64,000 nt of DNA from a virus: IMG/VR virus record IMGVR_UViG_3300023212_000537, positions 1 through 64,000 of that record; one strand, 5' to 3'. Position 1 is the first letter of the stretch. The number at the start of each line of letters is the position of its first letter. A model generated the notes under the pieces. It saw nothing but the letters and a program-made list of their open reading frames with translations, did not search any database and was not told the origin of the DNA. Both the position numbers and the translations under genes were made by a program. This document shows, in pieces, positions 23,629 through 33,061 of the stretch.

Positions 23629-25829
23629 TTTATTACAAAGAATTCATTGAAGATAATTTCCTTATTCTTGATAAAGATACCCAGCAACCAGTTCCTTTTA
23701 CTTTTAAGCCTGTTCAAGATAAATACTATCAAATATTACAGGAAGAATATAAAACCATGGAAGGATTGCGGGAGTTAATCTTGAAAGCAAGGCAAGAGGG
23801 ATTTTCTTCCATTATTCTTGCTCTTTTTACTGTAGATTTTATTTTTGTTCCGTATTCTATTTCTATTTGTATTGCCCATCGCAAAGATATTACAGAACTT
23901 TTATTTAAAAAAGTAAAATTTTATCTTGAATCTTATTGCACAAAAAACAAATTAAACATTCGCGAGTATTTAAAAACAGATAATAAAAACTTCATTGAAT
24001 CACGGGTAAAAAACTCTATTTTTTATATCGGAACCGCAGGCTCAAAAGTTGGAGGAAGAGGAGGTTCGGCAAGAAACCTGCATTTCAGTGAGGCAGCTTG
24101 GTACCAGGATACGGAACTTATTACAGCCTCAGAAATTGTTGAAGGAACAAGTCAGCAAGTACCGCAGGGGAAAGGAATGATTTTTATCGAATCGTGTGTC
24201 TCGGGAGATACTTTGGTGAATACTTCTTCTGGTTATCATAAAATAAAAGATTTTTTCAAAGATAAAAAAATTGGTTACACAAAGATAAATAATCTGCAAT
24301 TATTGGGTAGATACGGTTATCAGCCTGTTTCTCATTTATATTATAATGGTGAAACAAAAAACTTGAGAATTGAAACGCAAAGCGGATATTCATTAATCGC
24401 AACAAAAGAACATCCCCTATTATCCCTTGATAAAAATGGCATAAAAAAAAGCCAAGTTGGTAATCTACAAATAGGTAATTATGTTTGTATTTATGGAGGA
24501 GAAAGTAGTTTTGGTAATTATGATTTACAAAATAACTTCCATTCAGAATCCAGAAAAGGTACGCGGTATAATATAAATAAATTTAATCCTAAGCAGGTAA
24601 GTTCCCAGAATTTAGCCTATTTCTTGGGATTATTTTTGGCCGAAGGATATGCAAGGCTTAAAAAAAGTGGTTCTTATATTACATTATCCAGTGGCGATAA
24701 TGAAATTCATGAATCATTACAAAAGATAACGGGAATAAATTGGGTAAGAAATGATATATTTCATTCACGATGTATGAAAAGATCATTGGTCGAATTTATA
24801 TCATTTCTTGGTTTTTCTTTCGAAAAAGCTCCTTATAAAATTATTCCTGATATAGTATTAATATTATCCCAAGAAAATTTAAAAGCATTTATCCAAGGCA
24901 TGTTTGATGGTGATGGATGTTCTGAGAAAACGCATGGTGACATATCCTATGTAACAACAAGTAAAAAAATAGTTGAAACATTGCAAATCCTTTTATTAAA
25001 GTTTGGTATTTATAGCGCCATCAGAACGCATCCGCCGCATACGGGAGGAAAAATTTATGAAAGACAAATCGGACAAGGACGACAACCTTCTTATCAATTG
25101 GAATTATCAGGAAGAAACAGTTTTCTTTTTTATGAAAAAATAGGATTTAAGTTACAAAGAAAACAACAAAATAAAGATAAATTGCCTAAGAATTTTAATA
25201 ATGAATCAATCCCTTTAATAAGCCAAGGACTATTAAAAGAGTATATAAAAGAACATGAAGCTTCTTATAATTCTTTGCATAAAAGACTATCTACAGCAAG
25301 ATTATATTGGGGAGGAGGAATTACTCAAAAGAAATTAAAAAAGATATTACATGTAATAGGAGGAGAAAATATCATGCTTAATGAATTGGCATATGCTCCT
25401 TATCGATGGGAAAAAATTAAGAAAATAAATTCAATTACATGTGAAACATATGATGTGACTATTCCCAATGGACATACATTTGTCAGTAATGGAATACTTG
25501 GTTTCAATACAGCAAATGGCGTAGATAACTTTTATCAAAAAGAGTGGGAACGCGCGCATGAATTTGATAAATACGGCAAAAGGAAAAGTACCTATATACC
25601 ACGGTTTTTTGGTTGGCAGGAATTCTATACGAAAGAATGGGTTGAGCAGAAAAAAGGTGATTTTGCAACAGAAGCGAAGTGGATGCAAGAATACCCAGGT
25701 GATCCCCAGCAGGCTTTTATAGCTTCGGGAACTCCCTTTTTTGATAATCTTATTTTAGAAGAAATGAAGAAAAAAGCGCCAAAGCCTATTTATCAGGGAC
25801 GGCTTGCTCCTGATGGTATGTTCTTATAA
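23625..25829 (+). CDS. terminase large subunit, ATPase part, interrupted by an intein
   Basis: LKARQEGFSS (Walker A-like), GGSARNLHFSEAAWY, GMIFIES then CVSGDTLV..; exteins 23625-24194 and 25509-25829. Confidence 0.8.
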   Translation: MIYYKEFIEDNFLILDKDTQQPVPFTFKPVQDKYYQILQEEYKTMEGLRELILKARQEGFSSIILALFTVDFIFVPYSISICIAHRKDITELLFKKVKFYLESYCTKNKLNIREYLKTDNKNFIESRVKNSIFYIGTAGSKVGGRGGSARNLHFSEAAWYQDTELITASEIVEGTSQQVPQGKGMIFIESCVSGDTLVNTSSGYHKIKDFFKDKKIGYTKINNLQLLGRYGYQPVSHLYYNGETKNLRIETQSGYSLIATKEHPLLSLDKNGIKKSQVGNLQIGNYVCIYGGESSFGNYDLQNNFHSESRKGTRYNINKFNPKQVSSQNLAYFLGLFLAEGYARLKKSGSYITLSSGDNEIHESLQKITGINWVRNDIFHSRCMKRSLVEFISFLGFSFEKAPYKIIPDIVLILSQENLKAFIQGMFDGDGCSEKTHGDISYVTTSKKIVETLQILLLKFGIYSAIRTHPPHTGGKIYERQIGQGRQPSYQLELSGRNSFLFYEKIGFKLQRKQQNKDKLPKNFNNESIPLISQGLLKEYIKEHEASYNSLHKRLSTARLYWGGGITQKKLKKILHVIGGENIMLNELAYAPYRWEKIKKINSITCETYDVTIPNGHTFVSNGILGFNTANGVDNFYQKEWERAHEFDKYGKRKSTYIPRFFGWQEFYTKEWVEQKKGDFATEAKWMQEYPGDPQQAFIASGTPFFDNLILEEMKKKAPKPIYQGRLAPDGMFL
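24195..25508 (+). mobile_element. intein with LAGLIDADG homing-endonuclease domain (438 aa) in terL
   Basis: N-terminal splice block C-VSGDTLV; LAGLIDADG blocks LAYFLGLFLAEGYA and FIQGMFDGDGC; C-terminal ..VSNGILGFN followed by the +1 Thr; length is a multiple of 3. Confidence 0.8.
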
Positions 25830-25839
25830 TATATACTAT

Positions 25840-26511
25840 ATGGCAGATTTTAGAGAACCGCAACCTCCTTTTCGATTATATCGGGAACTTGATCGGGGAG
25901 AACAGCTTGTTGTATTTGGTGATCCTGCGGAATCAGGAGATTCTTGTGCAGCGTCAGCTTTTAGTAAAAAATATTTTGATTTTCCTTTTATCTTTAATCA
26001 GGTCATTGAATCCTCGCAATTTGGCTATGAGTTGCATAATATGTGTAAATATATTAATAACAAAACAGAGATTTGGCCAAAACTTGCCGTAGAACGAAAT
26101 ACAGGACAAGCAACAATTTTTGTTTTGAAAACGCTTAATTATTCTAATCTTTTTCGTATGGTTGATTTTACCGCACTTGATTCCCATGAAGGAGGAGGAA
26201 TCGGATGGGTAACAACAGGGTATATGCGAGGTGGAGAATTACAGGGAACAAGAAAAAAAATGCTTGATGATCTGGCACTTGCCTTAAAACAAGGCCAAGT
26301 TAAATTATATGATCTGGAGCAGATTGAGCAAATGCAATCATTTATTATTGCCAAAGGAGGAAGAATGCAGGCAAAAGCAAATAAGCATGATGATCTAGTC
26401 TTCTCTTCAGCAGGAGCCTGGCAAATTCATTTGGTAACGCCAACGGAATATTTAGACGAATATGATGAACAGTGGGCATGGGAAAACAGACAAAAATGGC
26501 GTTTTAAGTAA
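25840..26511 (+). CDS. terminase large subunit, RNase H-like nuclease domain (separate ORF)
   Basis: LVVFGDPAESGDSCA and KHDDLVFSSAGAW are the first and last acidic nuclease motifs of terL; the ATG at 25840 is in the +1 frame relative to 23625..25829, which stops at 25827-29. Confidence 0.7.
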   Translation: MADFREPQPPFRLYRELDRGEQLVVFGDPAESGDSCAASAFSKKYFDFPFIFNQVIESSQFGYELHNMCKYINNKTEIWPKLAVERNTGQATIFVLKTLNYSNLFRMVDFTALDSHEGGGIGWVTTGYMRGGELQGTRKKMLDDLALALKQGQVKLYDLEQIEQMQSFIIAKGGRMQAKANKHDDLVFSSAGAWQIHLVTPTEYLDEYDEQWAWENRQKWRFK

Positions 26512-26603
26512 CTTATAGTAATATGGAGATTTATCAATTGGATGGTACTAATAAAAGTATTGCAAATATATTAATTAAATATTTTCAAAGAAAGGAGGGG
26601 AAA

Positions 26604-26819
26604 ATGGATCCAACACGAATTGATAAATGCAGGGAGCTTATGGCGCAGGTATTAACGCTTCTTCGTGCGGAGAAAAGAGAAAAGGCGGAAGTTGATGGAG
26701 CGCGGGAAGTATCACTTGCGCTCACAAAATTTGAAGAGGGATGCATGTGGATGAGGCGATCTCAATTTGCAGAAAAACCATACAATCCATTATTAAACTT
26801 GCAGGAAAAGAAGGAATAA
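26604..26819 (+). CDS. hypothetical protein (71 aa)
   Basis: start moved to the ATG at 26604 (AAAGGAGGGG SD 3-4 nt upstream). Confidence 0.5.
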   Translation: MDPTRIDKCRELMAQVLTLLRAEKREKAEVDGAREVSLALTKFEEGCMWMRRSQFAEKPYNPLLNLQEKKE

Positions 26820-27110
26820 ATGGGTAAACTGCCTGAACCAACATACGAGGAACAGAAAAAACATAATGAATTACTATTTAAGGAACACTTAAAGAAAGTG
26901 CGTCCTGAACTTTTTGTGCTTATGGATATTCTTGATACAACAAATGTAAATCCTCTTATTGTATGGAAAGTAATCAGGCAATTAAATATGATTGCTATCG
27001 GAAGTAAATTTGGTGTTATTACTATTGAAATTAAAAATGGCATAGTAACTTTTGTGCGCGGAGAAGAACATGATAAAGTAAATGAAGAAATTATAAGAAA
27101 AGAAGAATGA
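26820..27110 (+). CDS. hypothetical protein (96 aa)
   Basis: ORF track; abuts neighbours. Confidence 0.5.
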   Translation: MGKLPEPTYEEQKKHNELLFKEHLKKVRPELFVLMDILDTTNVNPLIVWKVIRQLNMIAIGSKFGVITIEIKNGIVTFVRGEEHDKVNEEIIRKEE

Positions 27111-27850
27111 AGAAAAAACAACAGGCAAGAATATTTGCTATTTCAGATATTCATGGAAACTTTGATGAATTTTATAAACTTTTAGATCTACTTTATAAGA
27201 AGGCAGTATTCAATCCATCTTATGAGCATTTGGTGCTTCTTGGCGATTTAGTTGATAGCGGTCCTAAAGTTAAAGATCTTATTAATTGGTGTATTGATTG
27301 TCAGAAATCTTTTCCAGATACTTTTCATGTACTGAAAGGTAATCATGAAAGCATATTACTTGATGCATTACGATATAAAAATATATTGTATGGCGATTAT
27401 TATGTCTGGTGGGATCAAGGAGGTCGTGAAACAATAAGAAGTTATCAATCAAAAGACGCAAATAAATATGAAAAATTGGATTGGCAACAGGCAGAGGAAC
27501 TTATTGGTCGCAAGCATCTTGATTGGCTTGATGCATTGCCGCTATATTGGGAAACAGATAACTTCTTTTTTGTTCATGGCGGTGTATTGCCAGATATTAA
27601 ATTAGCAGATCATGATTTTAATGATTCTCATACACAATTTGAAATGATCTGGATTCGTGATGAATTTATTGATAGTAAATTCAACTGGGAAAAAAAGATA
27701 ATCTTTGGTCATTCCTCAAGAAGGGATAGATTTGGAATGCCACAACCAATTGTTATGAAAAATAAAATAGGCATTAATACTCAACCTCGTTTTGGCTGTG
27801 GATATATAACGGCATTGGAATTACCAAAAGAAAAATTCTGGAAATTATAG
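27107..27850 (+). CDS. calcineurin-like metallophosphoesterase (lambda PPase/ApaH-like)
   Basis: ISDIHGN, LGDLVDSGP, KGNHE, FVHGG, GHS, the canonical PPP-family motif series. Confidence 0.85.
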   Translation: MKKKQQARIFAISDIHGNFDEFYKLLDLLYKKAVFNPSYEHLVLLGDLVDSGPKVKDLINWCIDCQKSFPDTFHVLKGNHESILLDALRYKNILYGDYYVWWDQGGRETIRSYQSKDANKYEKLDWQQAEELIGRKHLDWLDALPLYWETDNFFFVHGGVLPDIKLADHDFNDSHTQFEMIWIRDEFIDSKFNWEKKIIFGHSSRRDRFGMPQPIVMKNKIGINTQPRFGCGYITALELPKEKFWKL

Positions 27851-27858
27851 TCTCCTTA

Positions 27859-27888
27859 TTGACAAAACAACATAAATAGTAGTAAAGT
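27859..27888 (+). promoter_or_regulatory. sigma70-like promoter
   Basis: TTGACA (27859-64), 18 nt, TAAAGT (27883-88); ATG at 27898, 9 nt downstream. Confidence 0.45.
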
Positions 27889-27897
27889 TACTATTAA

Positions 27898-28431
27898 ATG
27901 AACAAATTACCCTCGAAAATAAATGAATTTATTATCACATCAAAAGTGGTAAACTTATGTAATAACCTTGGTATTCCTATACCATCAAGATCACAGACTC
28001 TTGGTATCTACGGAGAAATATATGCATATGCCTATTTTCAAGGTAAAGCCGATTTTGTTGAGCCAATTTTTCTTAATGAAACAAAAGGAAGAGAAGACCT
28101 CCTTCTTAATAAAAAAATAAAAGTTGAAGTAAAAACAGCATTAAAAAATAAAGCTGGGAAGTATAGCCTTATATTAGTAAAAAATAAAAAAAATGGTGAA
28201 AACAATTTTGATATACTTTTTTGCCTTTTATTTGATGATATAAATAGCGAACCAACTCTTATAAAAATTCCTCAAGAAAGAATTAAGAAAATCAAAGGAT
28301 TAAATACAAAAAAAGAATACATTATGTCTCTTGCTAAACAAGAATATATACAACAGAAACCTCTTAATCTTATTGTTTGTACAAAACATGGAGCTTATGA
28401 AAAAAGCTGTGGATGTTGGAGAAAAAATTAA
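27898..28431 (+). CDS. hypothetical protein, possible PD-(D/E)xK nuclease fold
   Basis: GREDLLL..KIKVEVKTA could be a D..ExK motif; weak. Confidence 0.4.
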   Translation: MNKLPSKINEFIITSKVVNLCNNLGIPIPSRSQTLGIYGEIYAYAYFQGKADFVEPIFLNETKGREDLLLNKKIKVEVKTALKNKAGKYSLILVKNKKNGENNFDILFCLLFDDINSEPTLIKIPQERIKKIKGLNTKKEYIMSLAKQEYIQQKPLNLIVCTKHGAYEKSCGCWRKN

Positions 28432-28453
28432 TGAAAGGAGGTGAATAAAAATT

Positions 28454-29497
28454 ATGTTGGTTAAAAGTTTTCTTGATGACATTAGAGGAGAAAAAAACGG
28501 ATTCAAATTTGGTCGGCCATGGCACTACCATAAAAATTCTCTTGCTGCGATTCTTCCTATTATCCGCAAATCAGAAGAACAGCGTTCCTATATTACGCTT
28601 GTAGAAGCAGCAAATAAAGTAATTATAGAAGATAGCGGATCAATTTCTGAAGCTATTGTTACTAATAAGGGAGATAAACCAGTTTTTATCAGAGCTGGTG
28701 AAATTCTCAAAGGATCAACACAGACAAGGGCAGTTGTTATTTCAAGAATTGTTATGCCAAAACAGACTGCGCGAGTTAAAATTGTTTGTGTTTATGCAAG
28801 TAAAGGAATTAGTCGGGGTGCAACATTTGCCCATGCTGGATATGCGCCTTCATCTGTTGAGAATATTATTATCAACGAAGCTTATAGGGGTAGAGGTGTA
28901 AACGTTAATCAGAGTCAAGTTTGGCAAGGTGTTACCAGTTATTCAGCAAATATTGCTAATTATTCAGATCCTTCAATACGTAGATCATCATCTCAGGATA
29001 TAAAACGAGGAATAATGGATACTCTTTCTGGGATAGGAGGTGCTGCAGGAGGTGCAGGAGGATTTATTGGATATACTGCTGCCGATACTTCCGATGATTT
29101 GGAAGGAACGATGAAAAAATTCAGCATGACTATGCAGGATATTTTCAAATCACTTCCAAAAGTTGATTGGCAAACAGGAGCTGTACTTCTTGGAGTAGAT
29201 GGCGTGATAGGACTTGAGGTATTTGATCTTCCCGACTCATGGACAGCAATGAAAAAAGAACTTGCCGAAAAAGAAGCAGAACATTTGGTAAAAGAAAACC
29301 AGGAAAATGCATTTGAGTTTAAAGAGGAAAAAGCAAAAGGAATGGCAACAAAAATTCTTGAAAAAAAGTTTTCTGAAAAAGATTTATATAAAGATGAAAA
29401 AACGAAAACTATTGGTATAGAACTTGCTACCTATCTTGGACAGGTAACATTTCTTGGAGATCATATTATTCATCTGAATATTACGTCAAAAATGTGA
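28454..29497 (+). CDS. hypothetical protein (347 aa), possibly ARPP-1/DUF6569-like
   Basis: ITLVEAANKVIIEDSGSISEAIVTNKGDKPVFIRAGEILKGSTQTRAVVISRIV..VKIVCV resembles, from memory, the L.EA...V.E.G.V..L.V.N....PV....GE.L.G..Q.R core; not searched. Confidence 0.5.
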   Translation: MLVKSFLDDIRGEKNGFKFGRPWHYHKNSLAAILPIIRKSEEQRSYITLVEAANKVIIEDSGSISEAIVTNKGDKPVFIRAGEILKGSTQTRAVVISRIVMPKQTARVKIVCVYASKGISRGATFAHAGYAPSSVENIIINEAYRGRGVNVNQSQVWQGVTSYSANIANYSDPSIRRSSSQDIKRGIMDTLSGIGGAAGGAGGFIGYTAADTSDDLEGTMKKFSMTMQDIFKSLPKVDWQTGAVLLGVDGVIGLEVFDLPDSWTAMKKELAEKEAEHLVKENQENAFEFKEEKAKGMATKILEKKFSEKDLYKDEKTKTIGIELATYLGQVTFLGDHIIHLNITSKM

Positions 29498-29520
29498 TAT
29501 AATGCTTATGGACGCAAGAT

Positions 29521-29552
29521 AAAAAAAGAGCAAGTAACTTTGCTCTTTTTTT
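29521..29552. terminator. bidirectional intrinsic terminator
   Basis: A7-GAGCAA-gtaac-TTTGCTC-T7. Confidence 0.7.
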
Positions 29553-29560
29553 ATTCTCTA

Positions 29561-29696
29561 TTGACAAGAGAAAAACTATTTGTTAATAATGAGGTCAGGA
29601 TACGACAGGGGAAATACCTCAGCGTAACCGCTAACTTATAAAGAGTTCCAGAATTATTTTGGAACTCCTTTTTTTTGTGGCGGTTTTTTTTATTAT
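29561..29696 (+). promoter_or_regulatory. late promoter plus structured leader ending in hairpin/U-tracts before the portal ATG
   Basis: TTGACA (29561-66), 17 nt, TAATAA (29584-89); leader hairpin GAGGT..ACCTC; GAGTTCCA/TGGAACTC (29643-67) then T8, then GTGGCGG-T8, ATG at 29697. Confidence 0.55.
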
Positions 29697-31841
29697 ATGG
29701 CCGAGATTGCTGTAAATCGAGATAGTGCTAACGCGAATGTGTTGCCAAATGCGCGTGATGAATTAACCGTCTTTACCGAAGTTCGCAGACACGCTGATAT
29801 TGGATTTAATGATACACAGAGACGAACGCTCGGCAAGCAACGGATTGGTTCTATTTCTTTTAATGAAGCGGATGAAATGTTTCGTTCTTGGATAGAAGAA
29901 AATAATTGGCCATATGATGCATTGCTTTTTGATCCTCGCATCTTTACTTTTATTTTTGAAAAAACTTCCCGTCTTATTGCAGCTAAACCAAGAGGAAAAC
30001 TGCAACCTCGAACTTCCTCTGATATTATTGCGGCAAAAATTAATAATGCAATTCTTGATTCTCAATGGGATTTGGCAAATTATGGAGGAACCATGATTTC
30101 CAAATGGTCAATGATGGATATGAATACCCGTAAATACGGTGCTGCTTTCGGACTTAATAAATGGCGATATGAATTAGGAGAAGAAGGAAGAATCCTGTAT
30201 GACGGACCTGAAATGAAAGTATTAAATAATCGGGATTGCGCATTCGATTTAACAGCGACCACGATTGAAAGTTGTAATTGGTTTCAGGTACGCGAGTATC
30301 CAACATTTCAGCAATTGGAAGCAATTAATGATCGCGCAAAAGGAAAACCTGTCTATAAAAATCTGGAAAGACTTCGTGAAGCAATTCTAAAAGGATCACT
30401 CGCAGGAGGAGATACAAGGGGAGTAAATTGGATTTCACGAAATCGTCAGATCTCTCGTATTGAACAGGATCCAACAGGAAAAGATTTTGTTTTCAAAACA
30501 GTTGAACTTGTTACCGAATATAGAAGGGATAGATGGATTACTTTTGCTCCACGACATGGCGTTGTTATTAGAGATATTCCTAACCCCTATAAAAATTATG
30601 AAATTCCTATTGTCATGCTTCGCTATTATGCCATTGATGATGATCTCTATGGTTTATCAGAGATTGAACCTGTAAAAGGACTACAAAAAGCGATCAATGC
30701 GCTTTTATGTCAATACGTTGATGAAGTAAATCAAAAATTATATACGCCAATTGCTGTAGGGCCTGGTGTTCGGCAGCATACATTGGAATGGGGAAAAGGT
30801 GCTCGTTGGCAAATGAATAATCCTATGACTGATTTTCGATTAGTGGAACCAAATTCCAATGCGGCGCAACTATTTAATCCGACCTATTCTATGCTTGTTT
30901 CTGCGATGCAAAATGCATTAGGAGAATCATCGCTTGGTATTTCCAATATGGCTCCATTTCAAAGAGATAAAACGGCAACAGAAGTAAGGCAGATTTCCAA
31001 TCAATCAAATGCTCGCGATAATTATAATCAGATTTTTCTTGCAGAGGCAATTGAGCGGCAAATGAAACTTTGGTATTCCATGAATCAAACACTTCTTTTT
31101 ACTGATGAAAAGAAAAAATATTATGTTATGCGAGTTGTAGGAAAGGAAACATTGCAGGATTTGCAGCAGGAAGGATTATCGGAAATGGTTGTTCCTGATG
31201 AAGCGTACATGATGCTTCTTGCTCAAGGATCAACAGATACAGGAGCAGGTGTTGCGAACGCAAAAAAAATACCAAAAGTTGCGGTGAATATCGGTAATGA
31301 AAAAAACCCGAATTTCGTACCAAAACTAAAAATGCTTCCTGATCAAAAAAGCGCTGAATTATATATTGAGCCACAGGATATGGAAGGAACATTCGATTTT
31401 GTTGCCGATGTTGAGACAATGACAAACAATGCAGATGATATGCGTAAGCAGGCAAGACAGGCAGCAATTTCTCTGATTGTTTCTAATCCTAATGTTACAG
31501 CACTTTTACAGCAAGAAGGATTCCAGCCAAAATTTAAAGAATTATTTGTGGAATGGTTAGAGGATATGGGATTTAAAGATGCAGATAAATTCTTTGGGCC
31601 TGTTGGTCAAAATCCAATACAGCATCCAAATCTTCCCACAAACGGACAACAACAACAGGCAAATGGACAAGCTCCTCCTCCTGAAACGGGAAGTCCGCAA
31701 GTAGCAACGCCTAATGGAATGAGACCGACATTTCCACTTGATCGTAATGCGAACGTTTATAGTCCATTTAGTCAATTCGGACAATTTGCGCCAGCACCTG
31801 TTGCGCCAGCGCCAAAAGCACAGCAGCAAGGAGGATATTAA
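29697..31841 (+). CDS. portal (head-to-tail connector) protein
   Basis: 714 aa; position after terminase and before scaffold/capsid; Q/P-rich C-terminal tail; call by size and synteny. Confidence 0.6.
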   Translation: MAEIAVNRDSANANVLPNARDELTVFTEVRRHADIGFNDTQRRTLGKQRIGSISFNEADEMFRSWIEENNWPYDALLFDPRIFTFIFEKTSRLIAAKPRGKLQPRTSSDIIAAKINNAILDSQWDLANYGGTMISKWSMMDMNTRKYGAAFGLNKWRYELGEEGRILYDGPEMKVLNNRDCAFDLTATTIESCNWFQVREYPTFQQLEAINDRAKGKPVYKNLERLREAILKGSLAGGDTRGVNWISRNRQISRIEQDPTGKDFVFKTVELVTEYRRDRWITFAPRHGVVIRDIPNPYKNYEIPIVMLRYYAIDDDLYGLSEIEPVKGLQKAINALLCQYVDEVNQKLYTPIAVGPGVRQHTLEWGKGARWQMNNPMTDFRLVEPNSNAAQLFNPTYSMLVSAMQNALGESSLGISNMAPFQRDKTATEVRQISNQSNARDNYNQIFLAEAIERQMKLWYSMNQTLLFTDEKKKYYVMRVVGKETLQDLQQEGLSEMVVPDEAYMMLLAQGSTDTGAGVANAKKIPKVAVNIGNEKNPNFVPKLKMLPDQKSAELYIEPQDMEGTFDFVADVETMTNNADDMRKQARQAAISLIVSNPNVTALLQQEGFQPKFKELFVEWLEDMGFKDADKFFGPVGQNPIQHPNLPTNGQQQQANGQAPPPETGSPQVATPNGMRPTFPLDRNANVYSPFSQFGQFAPAPVAPAPKAQQQGGY

Positions 31842-31844
31842 TAT

Positions 31845-32222
31845 ATGCAGGATCAGATTCCTGATTTTGACATTGATAGTGAATACAGAGAAGAAAGAAA
31901 TAATACGAGGAAAAAAGGAAGAGAATTATCCGCAGAGGAAGAAAAAGAATATCAGGAGGGAATGGCACTTGAAGAAATGATAAAAACAAATACGGGGTGG
32001 CAAATTGTTGCGAAATGGCTTGATAGTTTTGCTCATCATACGTGGGCAGATCCTAGAGGAACAAAAGATGAAAAAGAATGGGCATGGCAGGAATTAAATG
32101 CATTTCATGCGGCAAATAATGCACGGATATTACTTGATGATATTAGAAAGGCAATTGCCAGAGCCGATTATTTAGGACGAGTAAAAAGAGGAGAAATCGT
32201 AACAAAAAGTTTCAAAATATGA
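31845..32222 (+). CDS. hypothetical protein (125 aa)
   Basis: ORF track. Confidence 0.55.
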   Translation: MQDQIPDFDIDSEYREERNNTRKKGRELSAEEEKEYQEGMALEEMIKTNTGWQIVAKWLDSFAHHTWADPRGTKDEKEWAWQELNAFHAANNARILLDDIRKAIARADYLGRVKRGEIVTKSFKI

Positions 32223-32317
32223 CAAATATACTCACAACATATCAGGATAGTACGCGAAGGGAAGATATCGCTCAAGGAAGAAAAAAAAGAATAAAAAAGA
32301 AAGGAAAAAAGAAGTGA
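32219..32317 (+). CDS. mini-ORF (32 aa) resembling the capsid N-terminus plus a poly-Lys tail
   Basis: MTNILTTYQDSTRREDIAQGRKKRIKKKGKKK versus capsid exon 1 MAWGLITYQDAGRRED-L; ATGA overlap with the upstream stop. Confidence 0.3.
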   Translation: MTNILTTYQDSTRREDIAQGRKKRIKKKGKKK

Positions 32318-32380
32318 ATATATTTTATTTGCCTCAGAGTACTAATAACTCAATATATGAGGAGAAAAGGGGTGAATGCA

Positions 32381-32581
32381 ATGGCCTTTGGGACAGGAAA
32401 CGCTGGTTCGGCTCCCATTCCTAACCCTTCTATGATTGTTGGAAAATCAAATGCTGATTGGGTAAAAACTTTTACTGTTGGGCAAAGAGCTGCTGTGAAA
32501 ACAGGGCTTAGTGAAGTAAGTAGTGATCAGCCAGGGCAAAGAGTGGGAAATCAGGATACAAGCCAACCATCGCACGGCTAA
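32381..32581 (+). CDS. hypothetical protein (66 aa)
   Basis: start moved to ATGGCC at 32381 after a GAGGAGAAAAGGGG SD. Confidence 0.45.
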   Translation: MAFGTGNAGSAPIPNPSMIVGKSNADWVKTFTVGQRAAVKTGLSEVSSDQPGQRVGNQDTSQPSHG

Positions 32582-32586
32582 AGATA

Positions 32587-32790
32587 ATGCCATACGTGAG
32601 AAAGGTTGTTGAAAACTTTCGAAAAGAATATGGCGCAAGAGAAGGATTGCGTAGATTCTTTGCGTGGAAAGGTGCAAATCCAAGTAAATACCAGAAGGGA
32701 ATTGCAACAGCACGAAGAAAAGGAGACAACATTATCCGTTCATTGGCAAAAGGAACAAAAGGCAAAATATATGGAAGGAGATCAAAGTAA
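32587..32790 (+). CDS. small basic protein (67 aa)
   Basis: ORF track. Confidence 0.45.
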   Translation: MPYVRKVVENFRKEYGAREGLRRFFAWKGANPSKYQKGIATARRKGDNIIRSLAKGTKGKIYGRRSK

Positions 32791-33061
32791 TACGCTTCCT
32801 CCATTGCCACCAAGTGATAGCGCGAACTTGAATAAAAATACCTATATTGGTGTTTATGAAATTGGCGCAAAAGATTTCTGGGGGAAAAATGAAGTCACGT
32901 ATCATGAAGTAAAACCATTTTCCCTCTGTGAGCATACATTTATGTTTGCGGAAGAGGGAATAGTATGTAGGAAATGTCATATGGGACTTATTGGAACATG
33001 TGATATTCATGACGGAACTCTTTTTATCGCGGGGAAACCAGTCCGCTTTATAAAAGAATAG
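32771..33061 (+). CDS. hypothetical protein (96 aa; internal start of ORF 32606..33061)
   Basis: the 5' part of the tracked ORF overlaps 32587..32790 in another frame; MEGDQSN.. start chosen; CEH..CRKCH Cys/His cluster. Confidence 0.4.
   Translation: MEGDQSNTLPPLPPSDSANLNKNTYIGVYEIGAKDFWGKNEVTYHEVKPFSLCEHTFMFAEEGIVCRKCHMGLIGTCDIHDGTLFIAGKPVRFIKE

Noticed and set aside
29763-31829. Minus-strand and alternative-frame ORFs overlapping the portal gene (29693..29941, 29763..30065, 31126..31467, 31557..31829 and others)
   Set aside because: They are embedded in a 714-aa ORF in the expected synteny position, with no independent signals.
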